Source: an uncultured Candidatus Rokubacteria bacterium (GTDB lineage: Bacteria > Methylomirabilota > Methylomirabilia > Rokubacteriales > CSP1-6). From it: 64,000 nucleotides of DNA. The stretch lies in assembly GCA_963754315.1 (NCBI GenBank), contig CAVWFS010000003.1:64001-128000 (forward strand), read 5' to 3'. The notes beneath the pieces are model-generated. The model was given only the letters and a program-made list of their open reading frames with translations, was not told the DNA's origin and searched no databases. Shown in pieces: positions 48,780 through 58,590 of the stretch. Made by a program: the position numbers and the translations under genes. Positions within the stretch are counted from its first letter, which is position 1. The number at the start of each line of letters is the position of its first letter.

Positions 48780-50123
48780 ATGGCGATTCGAGGCTCTTTT
48801 CTCCCATTAGCGGCCGCTTTCTGCCTGGTTTTGGCCCCTGGTGCTATCCGGTACGGTGCTGCTGAGCCGCGTGTGCCGGCTCTCAACGACCAGGAGACAT
48901 GCCCTGGGGATGTCCAGGATTCCAGCACCCTCTCCGATGGCCAGGGTGTGGAGCGTGTGAGGTTGACCTTGGGCCTGGACATCGGGCCCGTCGAGCAGAG
49001 TTGGCCGACGAGCTTGGTCGAGAGGTGGGACATCGAGTCAGAGGGGCTAGCCGAGCCCATGCCGGCGAAGGCCGATCCCATGGTGGCCTGGCATGCAGAG
49101 TCGAGCGTGGCGACGCCTGGGGCGGTGGAAGGGGTCGATCGCTACCCGGTCGTGACGAACTCGCAGGTTGGGTACTTTCTGGATCTCTTCACGCGTGAGC
49201 GCAGGGATGTGATCAACCAATGGTTGAACCGCTCTGGCAAGTTCCTGGGCATGATTCGGGACACGCTGAGTCGGCATGGCCTGCCCGAGGAACTGGCTTT
49301 CACCGCGATGATCGAGAGTGGCTTCAACCCGATTGCGACCTCGCACGCGGGGGCCCGGGGCCTGTGGCAGTTCATGGCGACCACTGCCCGTCGCTACGGA
49401 CTGCGCGTCGACCACTGGGTGGACGAGCGGCTCGATCCCGAAAAATCGACTCTGGCGGCGGCTGCCTATCTCCGTGATCTCTACAACCTGTTCGGGTCAT
49501 GGTTCCTGGCCCAGGCGGCCTACAATGCCGGTGAGGGAACGATCGCCCGGGCCATCCGTGCCACCGGCTCCAGCGACTTCTGGGCGCTGGCGCGCACGAG
49601 CTTCCTGCATAGTGAAACGAAGGAGTTCGTGCCTCGGATCTTGGCTGCGACTCACATCGGCCGCGAGCCAATCCGCTACGGCTTCGAGCCGCCCCAGATC
49701 AGTGCTCCCATCGAGGAACGGGTCGCTGTCCCCGGATCCACCGATTTGCGCTCGGTGTCTGCTTCGTCCGGAATCGCCATCGATACCCTTCGGTCCATGA
49801 ATCCCGTGCTGGTCCGAGGCATTACCCCCCCTGGCGGCGCGTACGAGCTCAATGTGCCACCGGGTACCAAGTCGGGTGTTCTCGCCGCGCTCCAGCGGCC
49901 GCATCGTCCCGCCGGGTCTAGCCGAGGCGCTGCCGGCACAATCCGGGCCTTTGCCGGCGACCACCAGGTCCACGTGGTCCGTCCTCGTGACACCGTGGAC
50001 GGGATAGCCAGGCGCTATGGAGTGTCGGTCGGTGACGTGGTCCGCTGGAACGGCCTGGCCAGGCAAGATCAGATCCGGCCCGGTGATCGGCTGCGCGTGG
50101 GGGGAACATCGGGAGGACGGTGA
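48780..50123 (+). CDS. Lytic transglycosylase with LysM (MltD-like)
   Basis: IESGF, GLWQFM, AYNAG, ETKEFV, C-terminal LysM. Confidence 0.9.
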   Translation: MAIRGSFLPLAAAFCLVLAPGAIRYGAAEPRVPALNDQETCPGDVQDSSTLSDGQGVERVRLTLGLDIGPVEQSWPTSLVERWDIESEGLAEPMPAKADPMVAWHAESSVATPGAVEGVDRYPVVTNSQVGYFLDLFTRERRDVINQWLNRSGKFLGMIRDTLSRHGLPEELAFTAMIESGFNPIATSHAGARGLWQFMATTARRYGLRVDHWVDERLDPEKSTLAAAAYLRDLYNLFGSWFLAQAAYNAGEGTIARAIRATGSSDFWALARTSFLHSETKEFVPRILAATHIGREPIRYGFEPPQISAPIEERVAVPGSTDLRSVSASSGIAIDTLRSMNPVLVRGITPPGGAYELNVPPGTKSGVLAALQRPHRPAGSSRGAAGTIRAFAGDHQVHVVRPRDTVDGIARRYGVSVGDVVRWNGLARQDQIRPGDRLRVGGTSGGR

Positions 50124-50359
50124 GGGTCGAGGTCAGGGCCTTCGCTACCCTCGCTCGATTTCTTCCGTTACCTCGTTCCGGTACTACCGCATTTCTGACG
50201 CTCTCCGAGGGCAGCACCGTACGTGATGTGACGGAAGCCCTTGGCATTCCTCGGGAGATGTCCGTCGTCGTCCTGGTCAACGGTACCAACGCCCACGACG
50301 ATCGCGTCCTCGCCGCCGAGGACACCGTGACCCTCTTTCCCCCCCTCGTCGGCGGCTGA
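50120..50359 (+). CDS. MoaD/ThiS family ubiquitin-like sulfur carrier
   Basis: 79 aa, FATL, VNG, FPPLVGG C-terminus. Confidence 0.9.
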   Translation: MRVEVRAFATLARFLPLPRSGTTAFLTLSEGSTVRDVTEALGIPREMSVVVLVNGTNAHDDRVLAAEDTVTLFPPLVGG

Positions 50360-50481
50360 GCCCACCCGCTCCCCCGGGGCGGGTCCGATGCCCAAACCCG
50401 TCTCCGAGCGCCGAGGGGATTGAGGGGTTGTCGCGCCCTCCGCCCGGGGCAGGTGCCTGGGGAGGATGGGGGGTGCGTCGC

Positions 50482-50893
50482 GCCCCCCCAGCGAGCGTGG
50501 TCCCGAGGGGCGCCCCAGGTTGCCTGGGGCGGCTCCGAGCGCGGGGGGATGGGGGTCGTCGAGCCCCCATGTTCAGTCGTCGAGCCCCCCCCAGCGAGCG
50601 TGGTCCCGAGGGGCGCCCCAGGTAGCCTGGGGCGGCTCCGAGCGCGGGGGGATTGGGGGTCGTCGAGACCCCCCATGTTCAGTCGTCGAGCCCCCCCCAG
50701 CGAGCGTGGTCCCGAGGGGCGCCCCAGGTGCCTGGGGCGGCTCCGAGCGCGGGGGGATTGGGGGGTCGTCGAGACCCCCCATGTTCAGTCGTCGAGACCC
50801 CCCAGCGAGCGTGGTCCCGAGGGGCGCCCCAGGTACCCTGGGGCGGCTCCGAGCGCGGGGGGATTGGGGGGTCGTCGAGACCCCCCATGTTCA
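50482..50893. repeat. Tandem array of four 103-106 bp palindromic (REP/BIME-like) units
   Basis: GCGAGCGTGGTCCCGAGGGGCGCCCCAGG starts at 50491, 50594, 50700, 50805. Confidence 0.95.
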
Positions 50894-50916
50894 AGTGTTA
50901 CACTCGGTTCGCCGCT

Positions 50917-51014
50917 GGAAGCGTCTAGGAACCCGGTGGGCCTCCCGGACTTCAAATCCGGTGTCCGGCTCTAGACAAGCTGGAGGTGGGTTCGACTCCC
51001 ACACGCTTCCGCCA
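50917..51014 (+). tRNA. selC: tRNA-Sec (TCA)
   Basis: 8-bp acceptor stem GGAAGCGT/ACGCTTCC, anticodon loop CTTCAAA, long variable arm, GCCA end; selA and selB nearby. Confidence 0.96.
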
Positions 51015-51027
51015 GCTGGCAAGGAGC

Positions 51028-51552
51028 ATGGCGACCGCGCGCGACAGGACACAGGATCGGACCCGATGGCGACCGGTGATCACGCTCGGCTCGGCTGCTG
51101 TCGTGATCGGAGTCGTTGTCGGGTACCTGGCCTACCGGGTGGCCGCCGACTTGCCCGGTGTCCAGTTTCCCGATCAGGGGAACCGTCATCTCGGTTCCGC
51201 GCAAGAGCCCCACGAGCCCTACAATTCGGATCCGCCCACGTCGGGCCCGCATCTATCCTATGTCGCGCCGTGGGGTGTGCATGCGCGTCCGATCATTCCC
51301 GAATTGCAGGTCCACAATCTCGAAGATGGTGGGGTCCTCGTCCAGTACAATTGCCAGTGTCCGGAGCTGGTGATGAAGCTTCGCGCCATCGTCGAGCGCT
51401 ACGATAAATACGTCGTTCTGGCCCCATACCCTTCGATGAAGAGCCGCATCGCTCTCACGGCATGGACGCGCCTGGAGACGCTCGACGACATCGATGAGAA
51501 GCGGATCATCCGCTTTATCGACGCTTTCCGTGGCCTCGACCACCACAAGTAG
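51028..51552 (+). CDS. DUF3105 domain membrane-anchored protein
   Basis: YNSDPPTSGPH, VHNLEDGGV, ALTAW. Confidence 0.85.
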   Translation: MATARDRTQDRTRWRPVITLGSAAVVIGVVVGYLAYRVAADLPGVQFPDQGNRHLGSAQEPHEPYNSDPPTSGPHLSYVAPWGVHARPIIPELQVHNLEDGGVLVQYNCQCPELVMKLRAIVERYDKYVVLAPYPSMKSRIALTAWTRLETLDDIDEKRIIRFIDAFRGLDHHK

Positions 51553-51608
51553 ACCGACGGAACCCACCGTGGCACCCGTGCCCTGCCGCGCGTGGTGGAC
51601 CAGGCCTG

Positions 51609-51893
51609 ATGGCTCCCCGACTCGCTGAGCTCATTCGCAGGGCGCGCCGGCTGGCGACCGAGCGTGACCGCCTTATCGAGGCCATGGCTGCTGAATGGAC
51701 GCGTGCCCTGCGCGGTCAGTCGTTGTCGCCGACTGACCTCGAGGAGTTCTGGGCCGGGCTCACGGAGGATGCCGTACGCTGGGGCAGCAGCGAGAAGGCG
51801 GGCAAATGGACGACCCAAGCGTGGCGAACCGAGGCCCAGGAGGTGGTAGCCCGGGTTCGGGAAAAGGTGGAGGCGGCCCTCAATGAGCGCTGA
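51609..51893 (+). CDS. Small helical hypothetical protein overlapping the selA start
   Basis: 94-aa ORF filling the gap, 11-bp overlap with selA. Confidence 0.6.
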   Translation: MAPRLAELIRRARRLATERDRLIEAMAAEWTRALRGQSLSPTDLEEFWAGLTEDAVRWGSSEKAGKWTTQAWRTEAQEVVARVREKVEAALNER

Positions 51894-53277
51894 GCTTGCC
51901 GGGGCCCTGCGCCGGTTGCCCTCGGTCGACCGGCTGGTGCGTTCCCTCGAAGGCCGGGAGGTGACGCGAAGTCTCCCCCGCGCTCGGCTTACGGTGGCCG
52001 CCCGCGAAGTGCTCGAGCGCGAACGGCGGCGCATTCGGGCGGAGGGAGGGCTCCCCGCGGACCTAGAGACGTTGGTGGAGCGTGTGCGTACGGCCGGGCG
52101 CGAAAGCGCTTACTCGCTGCGGCCTGTCATCAACGCCACCGGTGTGGTTCTGCATACCAACCTTGGTCGTGCGCTCCTCAGCGACGCCGCCGTCGCCCGA
52201 ATCGGTGCGGTAGCGTCCGCCTACAGCAACCTGGAGCTCGACCTCGAGAGCAAGGAGCGCGGCTCACGGTACGCGCACGTCGACGCAATGCTGCGCCGGC
52301 TGACGGGCGCCGAGGACACGCTGGTGGTGAACAACAACGCAGCCGCCGTCCTCCTCGCCCTCGAGTCGGTGGCGCGCGGGCGCGAGGTCGTTGTTTCACG
52401 AGGAGAGCTGATCGAGATCGGCGGGGAGTTCCGGATTCCCGACATCATGCAGCGTAGCGGCGCGCGCCTGCGCGAGGTAGGAACGACGAACCGCACGCAC
52501 CTGCGCGACTACGTGCAAGCCATCGGCCCGGACACGGCCCTCTTACTCAAGGTTCACACCTCGAACTATCGCGTGGTCGGCTTCACCGCAGGAGTCTCCT
52601 CCCGCGAGCTCAGCCAGCTCGGTCGCGAGCGTGGGCTTCCGGTGATGGAAGATCTCGGCTCAGGTTCGCTCCTCGACCTGTCATCGCAGGGGTTCGGCGA
52701 CGAGCCGACGGTGCCCCAAGTGGTGGCGGCGGGGGTAGACCTGGTGTGTTTCTCCGGCGACAAACTCCTCGGCGGTCCTCAGGCTGGCATCGTGGTTGGC
52801 CGGCGGGACCTCGTCCAGCAGCTCCAGAGGAACCCGCTCAACCGCGCCCTGCGCATTGACAAGCTGACCTTGGCCGCCCTCGAGGCGACGCTCGGCGCCT
52901 ACGAGGCCGGTGATGCCCTCCAGACCGTTCCGACCCTGCGTCTTCTCACCGAGCCTATGCGGACCATCCGCTCCCGCGGGCGGCGGCTGCTGGCCGCACT
53001 CGGTCCCGAACTGCGCTTGCGCCTCGCGGCGTCCCTGCTCGCGTCCACCTCGCAAGTAGGCGGAGGCGCGCTGCCCACGGTCGAACTTCCCACTCTCTGC
53101 GTCGCGGTAGGGGCTGACGCCGCATGCACGCGGGCCCTGGACGAAGCCCTTCGGCGAGGGGCGCCGCCCGTCATCGGCCGTATCGCCGACGATCGACTTC
53201 TCCTCGACTGCCGGACCATCTTGCCTGACCAGGTGCGGAGCTTGGCCGCTGCCCTCGCCGCGGCCTGTGCCCGCTGA
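51883..53277 (+). CDS. selA: L-seryl-tRNA(Sec) selenium transferase
   Basis: INATGVVLHTNLGRA, VNNNAAA, EIGGEFR, FSGDKLLGGPQAG. Confidence 0.97.
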   Translation: MSAELAGALRRLPSVDRLVRSLEGREVTRSLPRARLTVAAREVLERERRRIRAEGGLPADLETLVERVRTAGRESAYSLRPVINATGVVLHTNLGRALLSDAAVARIGAVASAYSNLELDLESKERGSRYAHVDAMLRRLTGAEDTLVVNNNAAAVLLALESVARGREVVVSRGELIEIGGEFRIPDIMQRSGARLREVGTTNRTHLRDYVQAIGPDTALLLKVHTSNYRVVGFTAGVSSRELSQLGRERGLPVMEDLGSGSLLDLSSQGFGDEPTVPQVVAAGVDLVCFSGDKLLGGPQAGIVVGRRDLVQQLQRNPLNRALRIDKLTLAALEATLGAYEAGDALQTVPTLRLLTEPMRTIRSRGRRLLAALGPELRLRLAASLLASTSQVGGGALPTVELPTLCVAVGADAACTRALDEALRRGAPPVIGRIADDRLLLDCRTILPDQVRSLAAALAAACAR

Positions 53278-55184
53278 TGACGGCCCGCCACGTCGTCGTC
53301 GGCACGGCCGGTCACATCGATCATGGAAAGACATCGCTCGTCCGGGCGCTGACCGGCATCGATACGGATCGGCTCCCCGAAGAGAAGGCCCGCGGCATCA
53401 CCATCGACCTCGGATTTGCGTTCCTCGAAGAGCCGGACGGGTTGACGGTCGAGATCGTCGATGTTCCCGGTCACGAGCGCTTCGTCAAGAACATGCTCGC
53501 GGGTGTGGGTGGCATCGACCTCGCCATGCTGGTCGTGGCGGCCGACGAGGGAGTGATGCCCCAGACGCGCGAGCATCTGGCCATCTGCTCGCTCCTGCAC
53601 ATCCGGGCCGGCCTGGTCGCGCTCACCAAAGTCGACATGGTCGAAGGCGACTGGCTTGAGCTCGTGACCGACGACGTGAATCGTCTTCTCGCGGGAACCT
53701 TCCTCGAAGGTGCGCCACTGCTCCCCGTCTCCGCGAAGACCGGCCAGGGACTCGCCGATCTCCAGGCTGCCCTGCGGGCGCTGGCCGCCGCGACTCCATC
53801 GCGGGGAACGGATCAGCTTCCCAGACTGCCGATCGACCGGGTGTTCACGATTAGAGGTTTCGGCACCGTGGCAACCGGGACCCTTACTGCGGGAACGCTC
53901 GCCGTCGATGATCGTGTTGAGATCTTTCCCCGCGGTGCGCAGGCCAAGATCCGCGGACTGCAAGTGCACGGGCGTCCGGTCGAGCGGGCGGTGGCTGGCC
54001 AGCGCACTGCGGTCAATCTGCAAGGGCTGGAACGCGCCGCCCTCGACCGCGGCGACGTCCTCGGCCTGCAGGACACGCTGGTTGCCGCCGAGCTGGTCGA
54101 CGGCACCCTTGAGTTGCTCGAAAGCGCCCCGCGTCCCCTCAAGCCGCGCGACCGCGTTCGTTTTCATGCCGGGACGAGTGAGGTCATGGCGCGGGTGCTT
54201 CTCCTCGACCGTGCTCAGCTGGCCCCCGGGGACACGGCGTTCGCCCGCTTCCGCCTGGAGGCGCCCGTCGTGGCTCTGCCTGGCGACCGCTTCGTCGTCC
54301 GATCCTATTCACCAATCGTCACCATCGGCGGAGGGACTTTGCTCGACATCGATCCTCCGCGCTTCAAGCGCAAGACGCCGGCCCTGGTGGCTCACCTGGC
54401 CCTGCTCGCCGACGGCAGTCCGGAAGCTGTGGTGGAGGAGCACGCGCGCCAGGCGGGCGCCGCCGGCACCCGGACGGCGCACTTGTCGGGGCGTGTTGGG
54501 ATCGGGCCCACGCGTTTGCGTATGGCGCTCGACGAGCTGCTGGGAGGGGGACGGCTTCTGGCGGTCGACCGCGACTGGTATCTACACCCGGAGAGCCATG
54601 CGCGCTTCCGAGCGCTGATGATCGAGGTTCTCGAGCAGTTCCATCGCGCCAACCCCCTCCGATCAGGCATGTCGCGCGAGGAGTTACGAGGGCGGGTAGG
54701 GGCCCCTGATGACAAGGTCTTCGCGTATCTGGTGAGCGCGCTCCAGGGAGAGGGCCTCATCACGCTGGACCGCGACAAGGTGCGCCTGGCCGCTCACGAG
54801 GTCCGGCTCTCTGGCGAGCAACAGCGGGCGGTCGAGCGAGTCGAACAGGACTTCCTGAAGAGCGCGGCCGCCCCGCCGAGTCCAGAGGAGGCCCTGTCCC
54901 GCGCGGGAGTCCAGGGAGGGGAGGAGCACGAACTCTTTCAAGTTCTGATCGAGGGTCGGCGCCTCGTCCGTGTCAAGGAGTCGCTATTCTTCCACGCCTC
55001 GGCCCTCGACGAGATCCAGGGGAAGCTCGTGGCCTTTCTCAAAGAGCGCAAGGAGATCGGGCCGGGTGATATCAAGGACCTGCTCGGGGTCTCTCGGAAA
55101 TACGCGATTCCCCTGCTCGAGTACTTCGACGGACGTCGCGTCACGGTACGGGTGGGGGAGCGGCGGGTCTTGCGTGGCGCCTAG
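53277..55184 (+). CDS. selB: Selenocysteine-specific elongation factor
   Basis: [18 protein letters not shown]-terminal [13 protein letters not shown] winged helix. Confidence 0.97.
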   Translation: MTARHVVVGTAGHIDHGKTSLVRALTGIDTDRLPEEKARGITIDLGFAFLEEPDGLTVEIVDVPGHERFVKNMLAGVGGIDLAMLVVAADEGVMPQTREHLAICSLLHIRAGLVALTKVDMVEGDWLELVTDDVNRLLAGTFLEGAPLLPVSAKTGQGLADLQAALRALAAATPSRGTDQLPRLPIDRVFTIRGFGTVATGTLTAGTLAVDDRVEIFPRGAQAKIRGLQVHGRPVERAVAGQRTAVNLQGLERAALDRGDVLGLQDTLVAAELVDGTLELLESAPRPLKPRDRVRFHAGTSEVMARVLLLDRAQLAPGDTAFARFRLEAPVVALPGDRFVVRSYSPIVTIGGGTLLDIDPPRFKRKTPALVAHLALLADGSPEAVVEEHARQAGAAGTRTAHLSGRVGIGPTRLRMALDELLGGGRLLAVDRDWYLHPESHARFRALMIEVLEQFHRANPLRSGMSREELRGRVGAPDDKVFAYLVSALQGEGLITLDRDKVRLAAHEVRLSGEQQRAVERVEQDFLKSAAAPPSPEEALSRAGVQGGEEHELFQVLIEGRRLVRVKESLFFHASALDEIQGKLVAFLKERKEIGPGDIKDLLGVSRKYAIPLLEYFDGRRVTVRVGERRVLRGA

Positions 55185-55222
55185 GGGCGCGTTAAGGTGT
55201 GAGTGGCTGAAAGGAGTTCTCC

Positions 55223-55414
55223 ATGTTTGGTTTGGGTTATCAGGAACTACTGATCATCCTGGTGATCGTGCTCATCCTCTTCGGCGCCAATCGGCTTCCG
55301 GAGTTGGCAAAATCGCTGGGGTCTAGCGTCAAAGAGTTCAAGAAAGGCGTCACCGAGGCCGAGAAGCCGGATACGGCCGCTGCCACCAAGAAGGACGACG
55401 AGAAGAAGGTCTAG
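55223..55414 (+). CDS. tatA: Twin-arginine translocase subunit TatA
   Basis: SD AAGGAG; TM-FG-amphipathic helix-FKK. Confidence 0.92.
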   Translation: MFGLGYQELLIILVIVLILFGANRLPELAKSLGSSVKEFKKGVTEAEKPDTAAATKKDDEKKV

Positions 55415-55443
55415 CGCACTCTCCTTGGCCTGGCGCACTCTCC

Positions 55444-57096
55444 TTGGATAGTCGGGCCGGCCGCATCGACCTGGTCTGCGCGTCGGCCCTTTCCCTGCTG
55501 ACCGTTCTCTCGCGCCTCCCGTACCGCGCGCGCATTCCCTACAACTGGGACGCAGTACAGTTCGCACTCGCGCTCGACGAATACGACATCAGCAAGCACC
55601 AGCCCCATCCTCCGGGATACATCCTCTACGTGGCCCTGGGGCGGCTGGTGAATACCTGGCTCGCCGATCCGACCGCCTCCTACGTCGTGCTGGCCGTGGC
55701 CTTCAGTGGCCTCACGACGTTCGTCGTCTACTACCTGGCCCGCGCCGTCTACGATCGTGCCACCGCGCTGGCGGCAGCCACCCTGCTGGCGGTGAGCCCG
55801 CTCTCGTGGTTCTACGGCGCGGTGGGACTCACCTACGCCGGAGAGGCCCTGCTGGCCTCCGTCGTCGCCTACTTTGCCTTTCGATCGCTCCAAGGGAGCG
55901 AGACCGACTCGTGGTTGGCAGCGGGTTACCTCGGTTTGGCGGGCGGGATCCGGCAGTCGATTCTCATCCTGCTGTTTCCCCTCTGGCTAGGCTCGGTGGT
56001 GGTCGGCGTCCGCCGTGGCCGGACCGTCATGATCGGTCTGCTGATCCTGGCTGCGGTCGTGCTGGCCTGGTTCGTCCCCATGATCTGGATGACAGGCGGC
56101 CTCGAGCGGTACCTGACCGCGTCCCGGGAGCTGGCCGACTCCGTGGTCAAGCCCACCTCCGTGGTCGGTGGACCATGGGAAACGACCGTCCGCATGTCGC
56201 GCTACCTGCTGGAATCGGTGCTGGTCGCCCTCGGACCCCTCGCCCTCGTGGTGCTCCTGATACCGTGGTACCTCCGCCGCTATGGATGCGGCTCCCGTGA
56301 ATGGTTCCTCATCGGGTGGACGGTGCCACCGGTGCTGGTGTACACCTTGGTGCACTTCGGACAGGCCGGTTACGCGCTGACGTTCCTGCCCGCCCTGGTG
56401 ATCCTGCTTGCCCACGTGCTCCTGCGTGCGCTGGCCGACGTGACCACCGCGCTGCCCTATCCGCGCCTCAGGTCGGCCCTGGTGGCCGGGGTGGTCATGC
56501 TCGTGGTGCTCGTGAACGGCGCCTTCTTCGTCAGCGCGCGTCCGCTCGTTCGAAACTTCGACGCGCCCAAGTCGGCGTGGCTGCAGCGCGCCCACGACGA
56601 GGCCTCCGACTGGATTTTCAGCCGAACCGCGGCGGCTCTGCGCGAGCACGAGGACGTCGTGCGGACGTTCGTCGCGACCATTCGCGGGCTCTATCCTCCC
56701 GAGGAGACGGCCATCATTACCGAGCTTGGCAATCCACGCAGCTATCCGTGGCTGCGCCACGCCATGTTCTACCTGCCGGAATATCCGATCTACGAGTTGA
56801 TGGTGGGAGACACGCCGCCCGGCTACTACGCGCCGCGGCGCGCGGCAGCCATGATCGTCGAGCCGGAGCTCGACGTTCCGTTGCCGGCTCGCGTGAAGCG
56901 GTTGGTGTGGTTCGTGGATCACTGGAGCCCGCTCTCGGAGCGGCCGGAAGGCCTCGAGGAGATCGAGATCCCGTTCGGTCGCTTTCTCTACGTACTCGCC
57001 GTCGGCCGATCCCCCGTGGAGTACGCGGGCTATACGTTCGTGCGCGAAGAGCTGCCGCGGCCGGCGCCGCCAGGGGCGCGCGTCCGCGCGCAGTGA
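55444..57096 (+). CDS. GT-C-fold-like membrane protein (PMT/GT39 or DUF2723-like)
   Basis: WDAVQF, PHPPGY, many TM helices, soluble C-terminal domain. Confidence 0.7.
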   Translation: MDSRAGRIDLVCASALSLLTVLSRLPYRARIPYNWDAVQFALALDEYDISKHQPHPPGYILYVALGRLVNTWLADPTASYVVLAVAFSGLTTFVVYYLARAVYDRATALAAATLLAVSPLSWFYGAVGLTYAGEALLASVVAYFAFRSLQGSETDSWLAAGYLGLAGGIRQSILILLFPLWLGSVVVGVRRGRTVMIGLLILAAVVLAWFVPMIWMTGGLERYLTASRELADSVVKPTSVVGGPWETTVRMSRYLLESVLVALGPLALVVLLIPWYLRRYGCGSREWFLIGWTVPPVLVYTLVHFGQAGYALTFLPALVILLAHVLLRALADVTTALPYPRLRSALVAGVVMLVVLVNGAFFVSARPLVRNFDAPKSAWLQRAHDEASDWIFSRTAAALREHEDVVRTFVATIRGLYPPEETAIITELGNPRSYPWLRHAMFYLPEYPIYELMVGDTPPGYYAPRRAAAMIVEPELDVPLPARVKRLVWFVDHWSPLSERPEGLEEIEIPFGRFLYVLAVGRSPVEYAGYTFVREELPRPAPPGARVRAQ

Positions 57097-58556
57097 GGGG
57101 CTGGCACGCCGACCTCGTCGTTGCGGCCAGCGCCATTCTTCCGCTGGCGTATTTCTGCCTGCGCGAGCAACAGATTGCGGGGGCGGCCGGGTTTCCTCTC
57201 GACGACTCCTGGATCCATCTACACTTCGCCCGCAACATCGCGGAAGGAGCCGGGTTCTCCTACGGTGACGGCATTCCGGTGTCGGGGTCGACAGCGCCCG
57301 TGTGGACGGTGCTGCTCGCCGGCGCCCTGGCCCTGGGCGGACCACCGATCGTGCTCGTCAAGACCCTGGGGGCCCTCGCCACGGTCGGCGCCGCAGTGCT
57401 CACGCGTCACGCTGCCGTCGCCTGGGGGGCGGCGCCGGTGCCCTCGTTGCTCACCGCCGTCGCCTTCGCCTCAAGCGGCCCCCTCGTGTGGGGAGCGTTG
57501 TCGGGCATGGAGGTCTCCTTGGCCGCGGCGTTCGTCGCTGCCGCCCTCCTCGCTCACGCTCGCGACCGAACGCTGTGGACCGCCGTCTGGGCGGCTCTGG
57601 CCGTGCTCGCCCGACCGGAAGCCCTGCTCCTCGTGCCGTTATTCTTCCTCGCGCGTCCTCTCACCTTCGGCCGGGGCCTCGGCTTCGTGCTGATCACACT
57701 CACCGTGCTGGCGCCAGCCGTGTTGTTCAGCCTTGCGACCGTCGGCTCACCGATGCCCGCGACCGCAGTCGCCAAGGTGGAAGGGGGCCTGCTCGGCTGG
57801 CTGTCCGGAGTGCACGAACCCTGGAGGCAGTTGCTGGTCGAACGTCCCGCGCGTTTCATGACGGCGTGGGTCGGCTGGCTGGCCACGATCAACTGGGTGC
57901 TGCCGGTGGCGATCCTCCCTGGACTCTGGTACGCGTGGCGTCGGACCGGACGGGCCCTGGGCTTCGTCTCCGTGGCGCTGCTCGCCCATCCTCTGGCGAT
58001 GGCGTGGTTCGCGCCGTATCGTGATCCGGCGTTCCAGGAGGGACGCTACTCAATCCACGTGCTCCCGCTCGCCTTCGTCCTCGTGGCGCTGGGGTTGTGC
58101 GCCCTCCCGTGGCCGCGCCTGACCCTGACTGTCTTCCTGGTGTGCGCGCTCGTTCCGCTCGGGCGGGCTGCCGACCGCTATGCGTGGGGCGTGCAGAACA
58201 TCAATGCCATGCAGGTTCACCTCGGGCACTGGGTGGCCGCCCATCTGCCGCCGACCTCCCGTATCGCCGTGAACGACATCGGGGCCATCGCGTACTTCAG
58301 CCGCTATCCCCTTATCGATCTGATGGGGCTGGTGACCCCCGACATCATCCCGTATCGGCGCGACGGCGAGCAGGGGGTCATCCGCTATCTGGGCGAGCAT
58401 TGCCCGGACTACCTCATCGTGTTTCCGACGTGGTTTCCGCAACTGACGGCGCGGCAAGAGTCGCTTCAGCCCATCTACCGCGTGCGGCTTGAACGCAACG
58501 AGGTGGCGGGTAGCTCCGAGATGGTCGTGTATCGCGTCACCCGCTGCCCCCTTTGA
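57093..58556 (+). CDS. GT-C-fold-like membrane glycosyltransferase
   Basis: DDSWIH, SGME, ARPE, DIGAI..DLMGL; GTGA overlap with the upstream gene. Confidence 0.7.
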   Translation: MRGWHADLVVAASAILPLAYFCLREQQIAGAAGFPLDDSWIHLHFARNIAEGAGFSYGDGIPVSGSTAPVWTVLLAGALALGGPPIVLVKTLGALATVGAAVLTRHAAVAWGAAPVPSLLTAVAFASSGPLVWGALSGMEVSLAAAFVAAALLAHARDRTLWTAVWAALAVLARPEALLLVPLFFLARPLTFGRGLGFVLITLTVLAPAVLFSLATVGSPMPATAVAKVEGGLLGWLSGVHEPWRQLLVERPARFMTAWVGWLATINWVLPVAILPGLWYAWRRTGRALGFVSVALLAHPLAMAWFAPYRDPAFQEGRYSIHVLPLAFVLVALGLCALPWPRLTLTVFLVCALVPLGRAADRYAWGVQNINAMQVHLGHWVAAHLPPTSRIAVNDIGAIAYFSRYPLIDLMGLVTPDIIPYRRDGEQGVIRYLGEHCPDYLIVFPTWFPQLTARQESLQPIYRVRLERNEVAGSSEMVVYRVTRCPL

Positions 58557-58590
58557 GGCCGGGCGCCTATGGTACGATGACGATCCCGCG

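Noticed and set aside
50482..50893. CRISPR array or protein-coding repeat ORFs
   Set aside because: Units have no unique spacers; the ORFs are low-complexity products of a stop-poor GC repeat, and most unit lengths are not multiples of three
50917..51100. Genomic island integrated at selC
   Set aside because: No integrase and no duplicated tRNA-Sec 3' end elsewhere in the window
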